In this document: piece by piece, positions 39,736 through 48,538 of the stretch
How positions within the stretch are numbered: the first letter of the stretch is position 1
How the letters are laid out: each line of letters starts with the position of its first letter
Assembly: GCA_965248435.1 (NCBI GenBank)
Contig: OZ252100.1
Span: 1,664,001-1,728,000, forward strand
From: Candidatus Latescibacterota bacterium
Lineage (GTDB): Bacteria; Latescibacterota; UBA2968; GCA-2709665
Direction of reading: 5' to 3'
DNA length: 64,000 bases
Position numbers and translations under genes: made by a program
The notes under the pieces: model-generated
What the model was told of the DNA's origin: nothing
Database searches by the model: none
Seen by the model: the letters and a program-made list of their open reading frames with translations, nothing else

Positions 39736-40790
39736 CCCGAGTTCAATAAGGAAGTGCAACACTTAGGGTAGCAACTGTCCTATCCTAAGTGTATGGGAAA
39801 CAATTACAAGCATCTTACGATAGACGAACGCGAGCAGATTGCGCTTTGTCGAGCCACTGGTGCAAGCCTTAGAGATATTGCCAAGGCCCTTGACCGGAGC
39901 GCCAGCACGATTTCAAGAGAGTTGAAACGTAATCCGTCCCCGATAGCTGAGAGTTACTCGGGCCTCCAGGCTCACAGAAGGGCTGAGAAACGTAAGCGGG
40001 AGGCCGGCAAGCGGAAACGGCTGAAGAATCCGGTTATCCGGCGATATGTCGAGACCAAACTCAAGCAAGGATGGTCTCCCGAGTTGATCGCTGGGAGGCT
40101 TCCCGAGGAGCGTCCGAGCGCGGGTATCAGCCACGAAGCCATCTACCAGTATATCTACGATCCAAAGGTGCACAAGCAGCGGGATCTGGTTGCTTGCTTA
40201 TCCCGAGCTCACAAAAAACGAAAGCCGCGGTGGCATACCCGAAAACACCGGGAAAGCCACATTCCAGGCCGTATTTCGATCGATCGACGTCCCCGTTACA
40301 TCGAAAAACGGAAACAACCTGGCCACTGGGAATCCGACACCATCATCTCTCGTGAGAGCAAACAGGCCGTTGGCGCTTGTCTTGAGCGATCGTCGAGATA
40401 CCTACACCTGGCTAAGCTGGCAAAGAACGGACCCTCGGAGGTCGCCGAAGCGATTAATCGACGCCTTGGGCGACATCCTCCCCACATGAGGAAGAGCATC
40501 ACATATGACAACGGATCCGAAAACGGCCAACATCAACGGGTCAACGAGGTGCTTGGCACCAAATCCTATTTCTGCAAACCGTTCCACAGCTGGGAGCGAG
40601 GCGCTGTGGAAAACGCTATCGGTCTGGTCCGCAGATACCTCCCCAAGAAGACAGACTTCTCAAAGGTCAGCAAACACGAGTTAAAGAAAATTCAGAACCG
40701 GATCAACAACCGACCAAGAAAATGTCTTAACTTCAAAACACCAGCTGAAGTCTTCAAGTCCAAGTGTTGCACTTAGTCATTGAATCCAGC
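39736..40790 (+). mobile_element. IS30-family insertion sequence, copy 2 (1055 bp, inverted relative to copy 1)
   Basis: Same IRs and same transposase translation as copy 1; TAA target duplication at 39733-39735 and 40791-40793. Confidence 0.95.
39793..40776 (+). CDS. IS30-family transposase
   Basis: 327-aa translation identical to that of 24728-25711. Confidence 0.95.
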   Translation: MGNNYKHLTIDEREQIALCRATGASLRDIAKALDRSASTISRELKRNPSPIAESYSGLQAHRRAEKRKREAGKRKRLKNPVIRRYVETKLKQGWSPELIAGRLPEERPSAGISHEAIYQYIYDPKVHKQRDLVACLSRAHKKRKPRWHTRKHRESHIPGRISIDRRPRYIEKRKQPGHWESDTIISRESKQAVGACLERSSRYLHLAKLAKNGPSEVAEAINRRLGRHPPHMRKSITYDNGSENGQHQRVNEVLGTKSYFCKPFHSWERGAVENAIGLVRRYLPKKTDFSKVSKHELKKIQNRINNRPRKCLNFKTPAEVFKSKCCT

Positions 40791-41831
40791 TAAAGGAAAT
40801 CGAGCGCGACGGATTCGAGATTGCGGAACGGGTCGAGATGTTGCTCGCGTCGGATATGCCTGAGGGTATTGCGAAATCCATGGGATTGGGCACAATCGAA
40901 TTCGCCCAGATATTCAGGCGAATTCGGCCAGACATTCTGCTTCTACTGGGAGACCGCCTGGAGATGCACGCTGCAGCAGTGGCCTCACTCCCTTTCAAAA
41001 TCCCGCTCGCTCACATCCATGGTGGGGAATCCACCGAAGGTGCGATGGATGAAGCCCTTCGGCATTCTCTCACAAAATTCAGCCACCTGCACTTCACCTC
41101 CGCCCAGGAATATCACGATCGCATTGTCCAGATGGGTGAGGAGCCCTGGCGCGTTACTGTCAGCGGCGCTCCGTGTCTGGACAACCTCAATGATCTGTCC
41201 CTGATTTCCAGCGAGAAGCTGCAGGCCAGACACGACATTAGCTTTGAAGAACCTCCTCTCTTGGTGACATATCACCCTGTTACACTTGAGTACGAACAGA
41301 CGGAGTGGCAGGTCTCCGAACTCATGGCCGCTCTTGAGAATGCAGACAGACCGGTGATTTTTACCTACCCTAACGCTGACACCTACGGGCGGCGAATTAT
41401 CAAGGCCATTCATTCCTATGAGACCGCCCATCCTAATGCGAAAGCTGTGAAAAATCTTGGAACGCGCGACTATTTCAGCCTAATGAACATTTCTGCCGCG
41501 ATGGTAGGGAATTCCTCCAGTGGGATTCTGGAGGCCGCCTCCTTCAAACTGCCGGTCGTAAACATTGGTAGTCGTCAGCGTGGGAGAATTCGTAGCCCAA
41601 ACGTCATCGATGTAGACTACACAGAGGACGCCATTTTGAAAGGCATTCGAAGAGCTCTCTCGTCTGAGTTTCGAGCCAAACTGAGAGACCTTCGAAATCC
41701 CTACGGAGATGGCCGATCCACTGAACGAATCCTCGGAGTTTTGAAGACAGCTCAGATGAACGACAGGTTGATGCAGAAGCGGTTCTACAGATTACCGTCA
41801 CCCAAACCCAATCAATCCTGATTCACAGGCT

Positions 41832-42473
41832 TTGCGAATGGATTCTATACGCATCATCGGATTGGGAGCTGGCGGGCACGCTAAACTCGTGATCGATACA
41901 ATTCAGTCAACTGGCAAGTATGATATTGTTGGCCTTTTGGACCCAGACCCAAAGTTGTGGAATGCCAAGGTTCTTGGAATTGATGTACTAGGTGGGGATG
42001 ACAGACTTTTAGAAAGCTACGCCGAGGGTATCAGACACGCATTTGTGGGAATTGGAAGCGTAGGTGATACATCGCTTCGACGACGGGTCCACGAGAAAAT
42101 CGTAGAGATGGGTTTCACACCCGTTTCTGCGGTTCACACGGGCGCGCAAACGGCTCCTTCGGCCCTGATCGGTCTTGGAACTTTTGTAATGGCGGGAGCC
42201 GTAGTCGGTCCCGATGCACGCTTAGGTAAGAATGTTTCGGTCAATTCGGGGGCGATCATAGAGCACGATTGCACCGTAGGTGATCACGTGCAGCTTTCTA
42301 CGGGAGCAAAACTCGCGGGGAATGTGAGCGTCGAGGCGGGTGCCCACATCGGAATCGGCGCTTCGGTCAAGGAGGGCATCTCTATAGGTGAACGCGCTGT
42401 CGTGGGAGGTGGCGCGATGGTCGTCCGTGACGTGGCTCCCGGAAAGACTGTGGTCGGTGTCCCTGCCAAGTGA
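41832..42473 (+). CDS. neuD: NeuD/PglD-type sugar acetyltransferase
   Basis: GAGGHA, IEHDC, hexapeptide repeats, VGVPA. Confidence 0.85.
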   Translation: MRMDSIRIIGLGAGGHAKLVIDTIQSTGKYDIVGLLDPDPKLWNAKVLGIDVLGGDDRLLESYAEGIRHAFVGIGSVGDTSLRRRVHEKIVEMGFTPVSAVHTGAQTAPSALIGLGTFVMAGAVVGPDARLGKNVSVNSGAIIEHDCTVGDHVQLSTGAKLAGNVSVEAGAHIGIGASVKEGISIGERAVVGGGAMVVRDVAPGKTVVGVPAK

Positions 42474-42645
42474 GTCAATCGCTGAGGGGATATCCCTATC
42501 TGCAACAACCCGCCAAAGGCCTTTTCAAAATCTCAGACTGAACAGATTCGGGACCCTGTTAGAATCCTCTCTGCAAGACGGGTACCCTCCCGTGATCCAA
42601 AACCCTCCGCACTCCTTGAGTTGATCCCGCAAATTTCCTCCAGGT

Positions 42646-42864
42646 GGAAGAATTTTCCCTCCAGCCCCTTGAGGGCCGTTTGCCCGTTGTGTGCTCCCAT
42701 TGGTCAATTTCATTATAACATATTGATAATACTAGATGTATATAATCTAACCCGAGCGGGGGACAACCCGGGGCCACCTCCAGGAAACTGGTATAGAAAT
42801 TGCCAATGTTCAAAGTATAGAAAGCCGCAGAAACCAATCAAGCGACCCCTACAGCTGCCGATGT
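42646..42864 (+). promoter_or_regulatory. Regulatory cassette copy 3 (internal)
   Basis: GGAAGAATTTTCC 42646; TATAACAT 42714; TGGTATAGAAATTGC (GG 42790, GC 42802); TCAAG-N14-GCCGATGT 42838-42864. Confidence 0.7.
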
Positions 42865-42944
42865 TTACTAAAGAAAGGATGATTCCCAACATCCCACCTG
42901 ATAGCATCCCTCCTCTGCATCCATCCCAGCCCATCTGAGTTGAC

Positions 42945-44006
42945 ATGAACGATCTCAAATACATTCTGGTTTCTCCAACCCAAAGCGTCCGCGAGGCCCT
43001 GGAGTGCATGAACCAAAACTCCAAGGGGATCGTACTGGTTGTGGATGAGTCAAACCGACTCTTAGGCACCGTTACGGACGGGAATATCCGCCGAGCGATC
43101 CTGGAAGGGATCCCACTGGAAGCGCAGCTCTCCAATCTCATAGGAACGGATCCGACCTACCCAAATCCGGTCACTGCAAACGAGGGAGCTAGTCCTTCTG
43201 AACTTCTGGCCCTCTTGAGAGAATATCAAATCCATCAGATCCCTCTTCTGGACGGCGATAGACGAGTTGTCGATCTGGTTACGGTAGATGATCTCACCCC
43301 AAAGAACCATCTGCCGGTAACAGCCGTAGTTATGGCCGGAGGCCTAGGTACAAGACTCCGGCCCCTAACCAACGAAACGCCAAAGCCGATGCTCCCCGTC
43401 GGCGGACGGCCGCTAATGGAACATATCATCGAGGGACTGCGTGAGGTAGGCATCACACAGGTCAACGTAACCACCCATTATAAACCAGAAGTTATCACAA
43501 ATCACTTCGGAGATGGAACCGACTTTGGTGTGAGCATAGAATATGTTGCAGAAGAACAGCCACTGGGTACAGCAGGAGCTTTGGGACTGTTGGATGTATC
43601 GGCGGGGCCCAGGCTTGTGATCAATGGTGATATTCTCACTAAAGTCGACTACAGGGCTATGCTCGCGTTTCATCGGGAAAATGAGGCAGACCTCACTATT
43701 GGTGTGCGAGGTCTCGATGTCAAAGTCCCATACGGCGTAGTGGAGACCAACGGTGCCACAGTCCGGAAATTGAAGGAAAAGCCTGTAATTAGCTTCTTTG
43801 TGAATGCAGGAATCTATCTACTTGACCCAGGTGTTTCCGAGTTTATCCCTAATGGCCAGCACATGGACATGACCGACCTGATCCAAAAGCTACTGTTGAA
43901 TGAACGGCAGGTGATCAGCTTCCCCATCAGTGAGTATTGGATCGATATTGGTCAACGTGAAGATTATGATCAGGCGCTTTTAGACCTCGCAACGGAGGGA
44001 ACCTAG
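42945..44006 (+). CDS. CBS-domain sugar-1-phosphate nucleotidyltransferase (PtmE/LegX-like)
   Basis: N-terminal CBS pair (GTVTDGNIRR); MAGGLGTRLRPLT..PKPM, PLGTAG, NGD, WIDIG. Confidence 0.88.
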   Translation: MNDLKYILVSPTQSVREALECMNQNSKGIVLVVDESNRLLGTVTDGNIRRAILEGIPLEAQLSNLIGTDPTYPNPVTANEGASPSELLALLREYQIHQIPLLDGDRRVVDLVTVDDLTPKNHLPVTAVVMAGGLGTRLRPLTNETPKPMLPVGGRPLMEHIIEGLREVGITQVNVTTHYKPEVITNHFGDGTDFGVSIEYVAEEQPLGTAGALGLLDVSAGPRLVINGDILTKVDYRAMLAFHRENEADLTIGVRGLDVKVPYGVVETNGATVRKLKEKPVISFFVNAGIYLLDPGVSEFIPNGQHMDMTDLIQKLLLNERQVISFPISEYWIDIGQREDYDQALLDLATEGT

Positions 44007-44009
44007 CCC

Positions 44010-44978
44010 ATGCGGGTTTTGGTTACCGGTGGGGCGGGATACCTGGGATCGACTCTGACTTCAGTCCTGTTGGCCAATGATCATTTCGTCAAAGTTCTGG
44101 ACACCGTGAATCACGGTGGACAGTCTCTCCTGGGTTTCTGGAGCCATCCCAATTTTGAGTTTGTACTCGGAGACATATGTCAGGGCGACGTTTTAAGAAA
44201 TGTCTTGGCTGATGTTGATACCGTTGTACACCTCGCGGCAATTGTCGGTGACCCGGCCTGTGCTCGCCAGCCTGACCTTTCACGAAAGGTCAACGTTTCC
44301 GGATCGCTGGAGCTGTTGGACTTTTGCCAAAGGCTGGGCATCGATCGATTCGTATTCGCCTCTACGTGCAGCAACTACGGTTGTTTGACCGATCAAACTC
44401 AACCGGTCTCCGAAACCGCAGAGTTGAGGCCTGTGTCACTCTATGCCCAGACAAAAGTGGCAGTCGAGCTGGAAATATTGAAATCTAAAACACCTCATGA
44501 TTTCTGTCCTACGATACTTCGGTTCTCAACCCTATACGGTGTGTCACCCCGTATGCGATTCAATCTGACAGTCAATGAGTTTGCTGCGGATATGTTCACG
44601 AAGAGGCATTTGGTGGTCTACGGAGAGCAGACCTGGAGGCCTTATCTGCACGTCAGGGATGCTGCCAGGGGGATTCTTGCAGTTTTGCAGGCTCCCAAAC
44701 AGAAGGTTTCTGGCGAAGTGATGAACCTGGGCGACAATTCGGAGAACTACAGAAAGGTCGACTTAGTGGAAATGCTACAGAAACGGATACCGGACGGAAC
44801 GGTAGAGTACGTTAAGAAGAATGAGGACCCAAGAAACTATCGCGTCGACTTCAATAAGATCGCTAAGATACTCAACTACAGAATCACCAGAACCATCGAG
44901 GACGGCATAGACGAGGTGATTTCTACTATCCGACAGGGAGTGATTACGGATCTTGGCAACCCTTGTTATCGGAACTGA
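44010..44978 (+). CDS. NAD-dependent epimerase/dehydratase
   Basis: GGAGYLGS, HLAAIVGDP, ASTCSNYG, YAQTK, SPRMRF. Confidence 0.85.
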   Translation: MRVLVTGGAGYLGSTLTSVLLANDHFVKVLDTVNHGGQSLLGFWSHPNFEFVLGDICQGDVLRNVLADVDTVVHLAAIVGDPACARQPDLSRKVNVSGSLELLDFCQRLGIDRFVFASTCSNYGCLTDQTQPVSETAELRPVSLYAQTKVAVELEILKSKTPHDFCPTILRFSTLYGVSPRMRFNLTVNEFAADMFTKRHLVVYGEQTWRPYLHVRDAARGILAVLQAPKQKVSGEVMNLGDNSENYRKVDLVEMLQKRIPDGTVEYVKKNEDPRNYRVDFNKIAKILNYRITRTIEDGIDEVISTIRQGVITDLGNPCYRN

Positions 44979-46188
44979 CAACGAGGTCAGAAAACCAGGC
45001 TCGGGCACCGCAGCGCTGAGCGCACCTGACTTTATCCCTCTCTGCGTCCCAAGAATCTCTGGAAACGCCTGGGTCTACGTGAAGGAGTGCCTCGATACGG
45101 GCTGGGTCTCCTCCGCGGGCAACTTCGTGGATAGATTCGAAGAGGAATTGGGAAAGCAGCTTGGAGTTCAGCATGTGGTTGCGACGATGAATGGGACTTC
45201 TGCCCTCCATCTTTCTTTGCTCGTCGCCGGAGTGCGTCCTGAGGATGAGGTGTTGACCCCCACCCTGACATTTGTCTCTCCTGCGAACGCGATTCGCTAT
45301 TGTGGCGCCTGGCCCGTGTTTATGGATGTCGACCCAAACTGTTGGCAGATGGATCCAGAGAAAGCTGAGCAGTTCCTTGAAAACGAATGCGAATGGCGTG
45401 AGGGCGCACTATGGAACAGAATTACTGGGAGAAGGGTTCGGGCGATACTGCCAGTTCACGTCCTTGGACATCCGTGCGATATGGACCCTATCCTCCAGGT
45501 GGCCTCCAAATACAACCTAGGCGTTATCGAGGACGCAAGCGAGGGTCTTGGCGCCAAGTATGCTGGCCATTCGATCGGTACCCTGGGAGATATCGGCTGC
45601 CTGAGCTTCAACGGAAACAAAGTTATTACCACCGGTGGCGGGGGTGCACTCCTTACAGACAACGAGTCGTGGGCGATGCGCGCACGCCACCTTAGCACTC
45701 AGGCAAAGGAAGATGGCATCGAATACAGCCACGATGAAATCGGCTACAACTATCGGATGGTTAATCTGTTGGCGGCGCTGGGATGTGCCCAGCTCGAACA
45801 CCTCAATGCTTTCATAGAACGCAAAAGAAAAATCGCGACCAGATACCGCCAAGCCCTAAATGATTTGCCAGCAATTTCATTCTTGAAGACGGCGGAATGG
45901 GCAGAGCCGATCGAATGGCTCTTCACAGTCTATCTGAATCCCGGCAGTCGATGCAACAGGCGTAAGTTGATGCAAGAATTAAGGACACGTAACATCGAGA
46001 CCAGGCCCATCTGGACCCCGCTCCATCGCCTTCCAATCTACGCCGAGGCACAAAGTTACAGAATCGAAGTGGCGGACAGACTTCACGCGGGATGTCTGAG
46101 CCTCCCTTGCTCGGCGTCGCTGAGTGAACAGGACCAGCAAAGGGTCATAGACACCTGCCGTCGAATCTTACTTGAGAAAGGACAATAA
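44953..46188 (+). CDS. legC: LegC-family aminotransferase
   Basis: GWVSSAG, NGTSALH, SFNGNKVITTGGGG, GYNYRM, TRPIW, SLPCS. Confidence 0.85.
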   Translation: MATLVIGTDNEVRKPGSGTAALSAPDFIPLCVPRISGNAWVYVKECLDTGWVSSAGNFVDRFEEELGKQLGVQHVVATMNGTSALHLSLLVAGVRPEDEVLTPTLTFVSPANAIRYCGAWPVFMDVDPNCWQMDPEKAEQFLENECEWREGALWNRITGRRVRAILPVHVLGHPCDMDPILQVASKYNLGVIEDASEGLGAKYAGHSIGTLGDIGCLSFNGNKVITTGGGGALLTDNESWAMRARHLSTQAKEDGIEYSHDEIGYNYRMVNLLAALGCAQLEHLNAFIERKRKIATRYRQALNDLPAISFLKTAEWAEPIEWLFTVYLNPGSRCNRRKLMQELRTRNIETRPIWTPLHRLPIYAEAQSYRIEVADRLHAGCLSLPCSASLSEQDQQRVIDTCRRILLEKGQ

Positions 46189-46191
46189 GAT

Positions 46192-47340
46192 ATGAACTTC
46201 TCATTCTGGCTAAAGACCGACGTGCGCATCGGCCCAGGTTCAGCGGCTTCGGTATTGGACTATATCGAGAAGCGTGCCGTCGAAAAGGTTGCTGTAATCG
46301 TAGATTCTGGCCTGCACGGGAATACTCATCTTCAGCAGCTTGTTGATGGACTTCGGTCCAGTGCAAAACATGTTCAGGTTGTAGAGAATGACGCCTATGA
46401 GCCAACCTATGGCTATCTGGAGGAATTCAAGAAGACATTCGATTCTGGTCTGGATCTTATTGTCGGTATCGGCGGAGGAAGTACGCTCGATCTGACGAAG
46501 GCTGTCTCTGTCTTACTTACCAACCCTGGACCGGCGATTAGCTACCGAGGGTTCGACAAAATCAAAAATCCTGGTGTGCCAGTTATTGCGGTTCCGACGA
46601 CCGCTGGGACAGGAAGTGAAGTGACCCCAAACGCCGTATTCACCGACGCGGACGAGCAGCGAAAGCTGGGGATCAATACTACTTTATACGTGCCTGTAAT
46701 GGCTGTCTTGGATCCCTTCTTAACAGTCTCTTGCCCGAGGGTTGTTACGGTTTCGTCAGGAATAGATGCTCTGGTACACGCGGTTGAAACCTACGTTTCC
46801 AAGGGCGCAACACCAGTTTCTCGAGTACTATCTAAAGAGGCGTTTAGGCTGGTCATGACGAACCTGCCAGCAGTTGTTGACAGAGCCGACGACCTCGATG
46901 CCCGATCGGCAATGCAGGTAGCCGCTCTATATGGGGGAATCGCCCTGATAAACTCCGGTGGAGGAATTACTGGAGCGTTGTCTTACCCCCTAGGCGTTCG
47001 ATTCAAAGTGCCACACGGCCTTGCAGGCGGCATCTTTCTGGCTACTGCATCGCGGCACAACGTCGCGCTGGGCGCACACCAGTATGGCGATCTTTACGAT
47101 ATGCTCGAAGGTGCCCCTGCCCTTTCAGATGCCCAGGAGCGGTCCGAAGCCGTCTGTGCTGCGTTGGATAATCTAGCTGACCGACTGGAGTTGCCCAGGA
47201 GTCTTAAAGTATTCGGTGTAGATGAATCGGATCTGGATAGACTCGCTGAAGAGACCTTTCTGCTGACCGGATCCGTTCAGCAGAATCCCGTGGAGCTTTC
47301 AAAGGAAGATGTTCTAAAGATTATCGAAACTATCGCTTAG
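46192..47340 (+). CDS. Iron-containing alcohol dehydrogenase (KdnB-like)
   Basis: GGGSTLD, PTTAGTGSE, DALVHAVE, PHG. Confidence 0.85.
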   Translation: MNFSFWLKTDVRIGPGSAASVLDYIEKRAVEKVAVIVDSGLHGNTHLQQLVDGLRSSAKHVQVVENDAYEPTYGYLEEFKKTFDSGLDLIVGIGGGSTLDLTKAVSVLLTNPGPAISYRGFDKIKNPGVPVIAVPTTAGTGSEVTPNAVFTDADEQRKLGINTTLYVPVMAVLDPFLTVSCPRVVTVSSGIDALVHAVETYVSKGATPVSRVLSKEAFRLVMTNLPAVVDRADDLDARSAMQVAALYGGIALINSGGGITGALSYPLGVRFKVPHGLAGGIFLATASRHNVALGAHQYGDLYDMLEGAPALSDAQERSEAVCAALDNLADRLELPRSLKVFGVDESDLDRLAEETFLLTGSVQQNPVELSKEDVLKIIETIA

Positions 47341-47355
47341 GGAAAGGGAATACAG

Positions 47356-48528
47356 GTGCCGGGATTCGAACTCGTAGGAGAGGAAGAACGCGCAGCAGTC
47401 AATGAGATCTTCGACGAAGGGGGTATCCTCTTCCGCCACGGCTTTGATACTCTCAGGAAAAACGGACGATTTCGCGTCGTGGAATTTGAAGAGGCGTTTG
47501 CTGACTATGTCGGGTCAGGTGATGCCTTAGCGGTATCGTCCGGCACCGCGGCCCTCAAGACAGGCCTGAAGGCTCTTGGGATCCAACCCGGAGACGAGGT
47601 GATTACTCAGGCCTTTACATTTATAGCGACCGTTGAAGCCATCGTAGACGTAGGCGCCATACCAGTTGTCGTAAACGTAGACGATACGCTGAACATGGAC
47701 CCCGACGATCTGGAACGCCATATCACCCCAAAGACACGAGCAATCATCCCCGTGCCCATGCTTGGAGTATCTCCGAGAATGGATCAAATCATGCCCATTG
47801 CGAGAGAAAACAACCTCCTCGTACTTGAAGACAACTGCGAGTCCCTTGGAGCAACCTACGATGGCCGTTTTTTGGGGACTTTCGGAGATATGGGCGCCTT
47901 CAGTTTTGACTTCGGAAAGGTCATCACGACCGGCGAGGGAGGGATGCTGGTCTCCACCAATCCTGAATATATCAAATTGGCGCGAGAGTATCACGACCAC
48001 GGGCACGAAAACAACCCAAAGCTTCCCAGAGGCCGAGATACCCACCGAATTTTCGGCTTCAATTATCGGATAGGAGAACTGCAGGCAGCGGTCGGCTTAG
48101 CGCAGCTAAGAAAGCTCAACTACATAGTCGACCAGAATAGAGCTCATCATAAGACCATGAAACAGGCTCTTAGACAAATAGAGGGGCTTCGTTTTCGGGC
48201 GATTCCACCTAAGAGTGACAGCCTTTGCGACACCCTGATTCTCGAGCTTCCTACGGCCGAACTTGCGAGCGAATTCGTCGCTCGCATGGGGGCAGTTGAG
48301 CTCGGTACAAAGAATCTTCCTGACGCGATCGAATGGCATTTCGCAGGTTACTGGGATCACATATTTAACCTATTTGATATGAACAAGCAGCAACTGTGGG
48401 ACTCCCTCTATCCGAGCTACGCTCGTCTGTCCCGATGTGTCGCACTACCGATAATGGTGAAGTACACTTCCGACCGTATCGACTTCATGATCGACAACAT
48501 ATCACGTATAGCCGACGATCTGCTCTGA
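47356..48528 (+). CDS. DegT-family aminotransferase resembling KdnA (8-amino-Kdo transaminase)
   Basis: MPGFELVG start, SSGTAAL, SFDFGKVITTGEGG, HDHGH, C-terminal WHF..W; these match my recollection of KdnA features and are not search-verified. Confidence 0.75.
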   Translation: MPGFELVGEEERAAVNEIFDEGGILFRHGFDTLRKNGRFRVVEFEEAFADYVGSGDALAVSSGTAALKTGLKALGIQPGDEVITQAFTFIATVEAIVDVGAIPVVVNVDDTLNMDPDDLERHITPKTRAIIPVPMLGVSPRMDQIMPIARENNLLVLEDNCESLGATYDGRFLGTFGDMGAFSFDFGKVITTGEGGMLVSTNPEYIKLAREYHDHGHENNPKLPRGRDTHRIFGFNYRIGELQAAVGLAQLRKLNYIVDQNRAHHKTMKQALRQIEGLRFRAIPPKSDSLCDTLILELPTAELASEFVARMGAVELGTKNLPDAIEWHFAGYWDHIFNLFDMNKQQLWDSLYPSYARLSRCVALPIMVKYTSDRIDFMIDNISRIADDLL

Positions 48529-48538
48529 TTTCCCTACT

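Larger units (their letters stand above)
39588..41821 (+). pseudogene. neuC: Hydrolysing NDP-sugar 2-epimerase (NeuC/LegG) interrupted by IS30
   Basis: N-terminus MRTIGIVTGARSDYG...GTHL..EFG at 39588-39735 (absent from the ORF track); remainder has GDRLE, HIHGGE, GNSSSG, GSRQ. Removing the IS and one TAA gives 391 aa. Confidence 0.92.

Noticed and set aside
24714-40790. A composite transposon that delivered the enclosed genes
   Set aside because: Each IS has its own target duplication (CAA, TAA) and splits a resident gene, so they inserted independently after the locus was assembled.
40838-41821. Stand-alone 327-aa epimerase, and stand-alone 80-aa ORF 25758-26000
   Set aside because: Both are C-terminal fragments of IS-interrupted genes.
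42621-43141. ORFs 42621-42938 (+, full length), 42559-42837 (-) and 42713-43141 (-)
   Set aside because: They overlie the promoter cassette or the next gene and have no recognisable motifs; only the 19-codon tail at 42879 was kept as a possible uORF.
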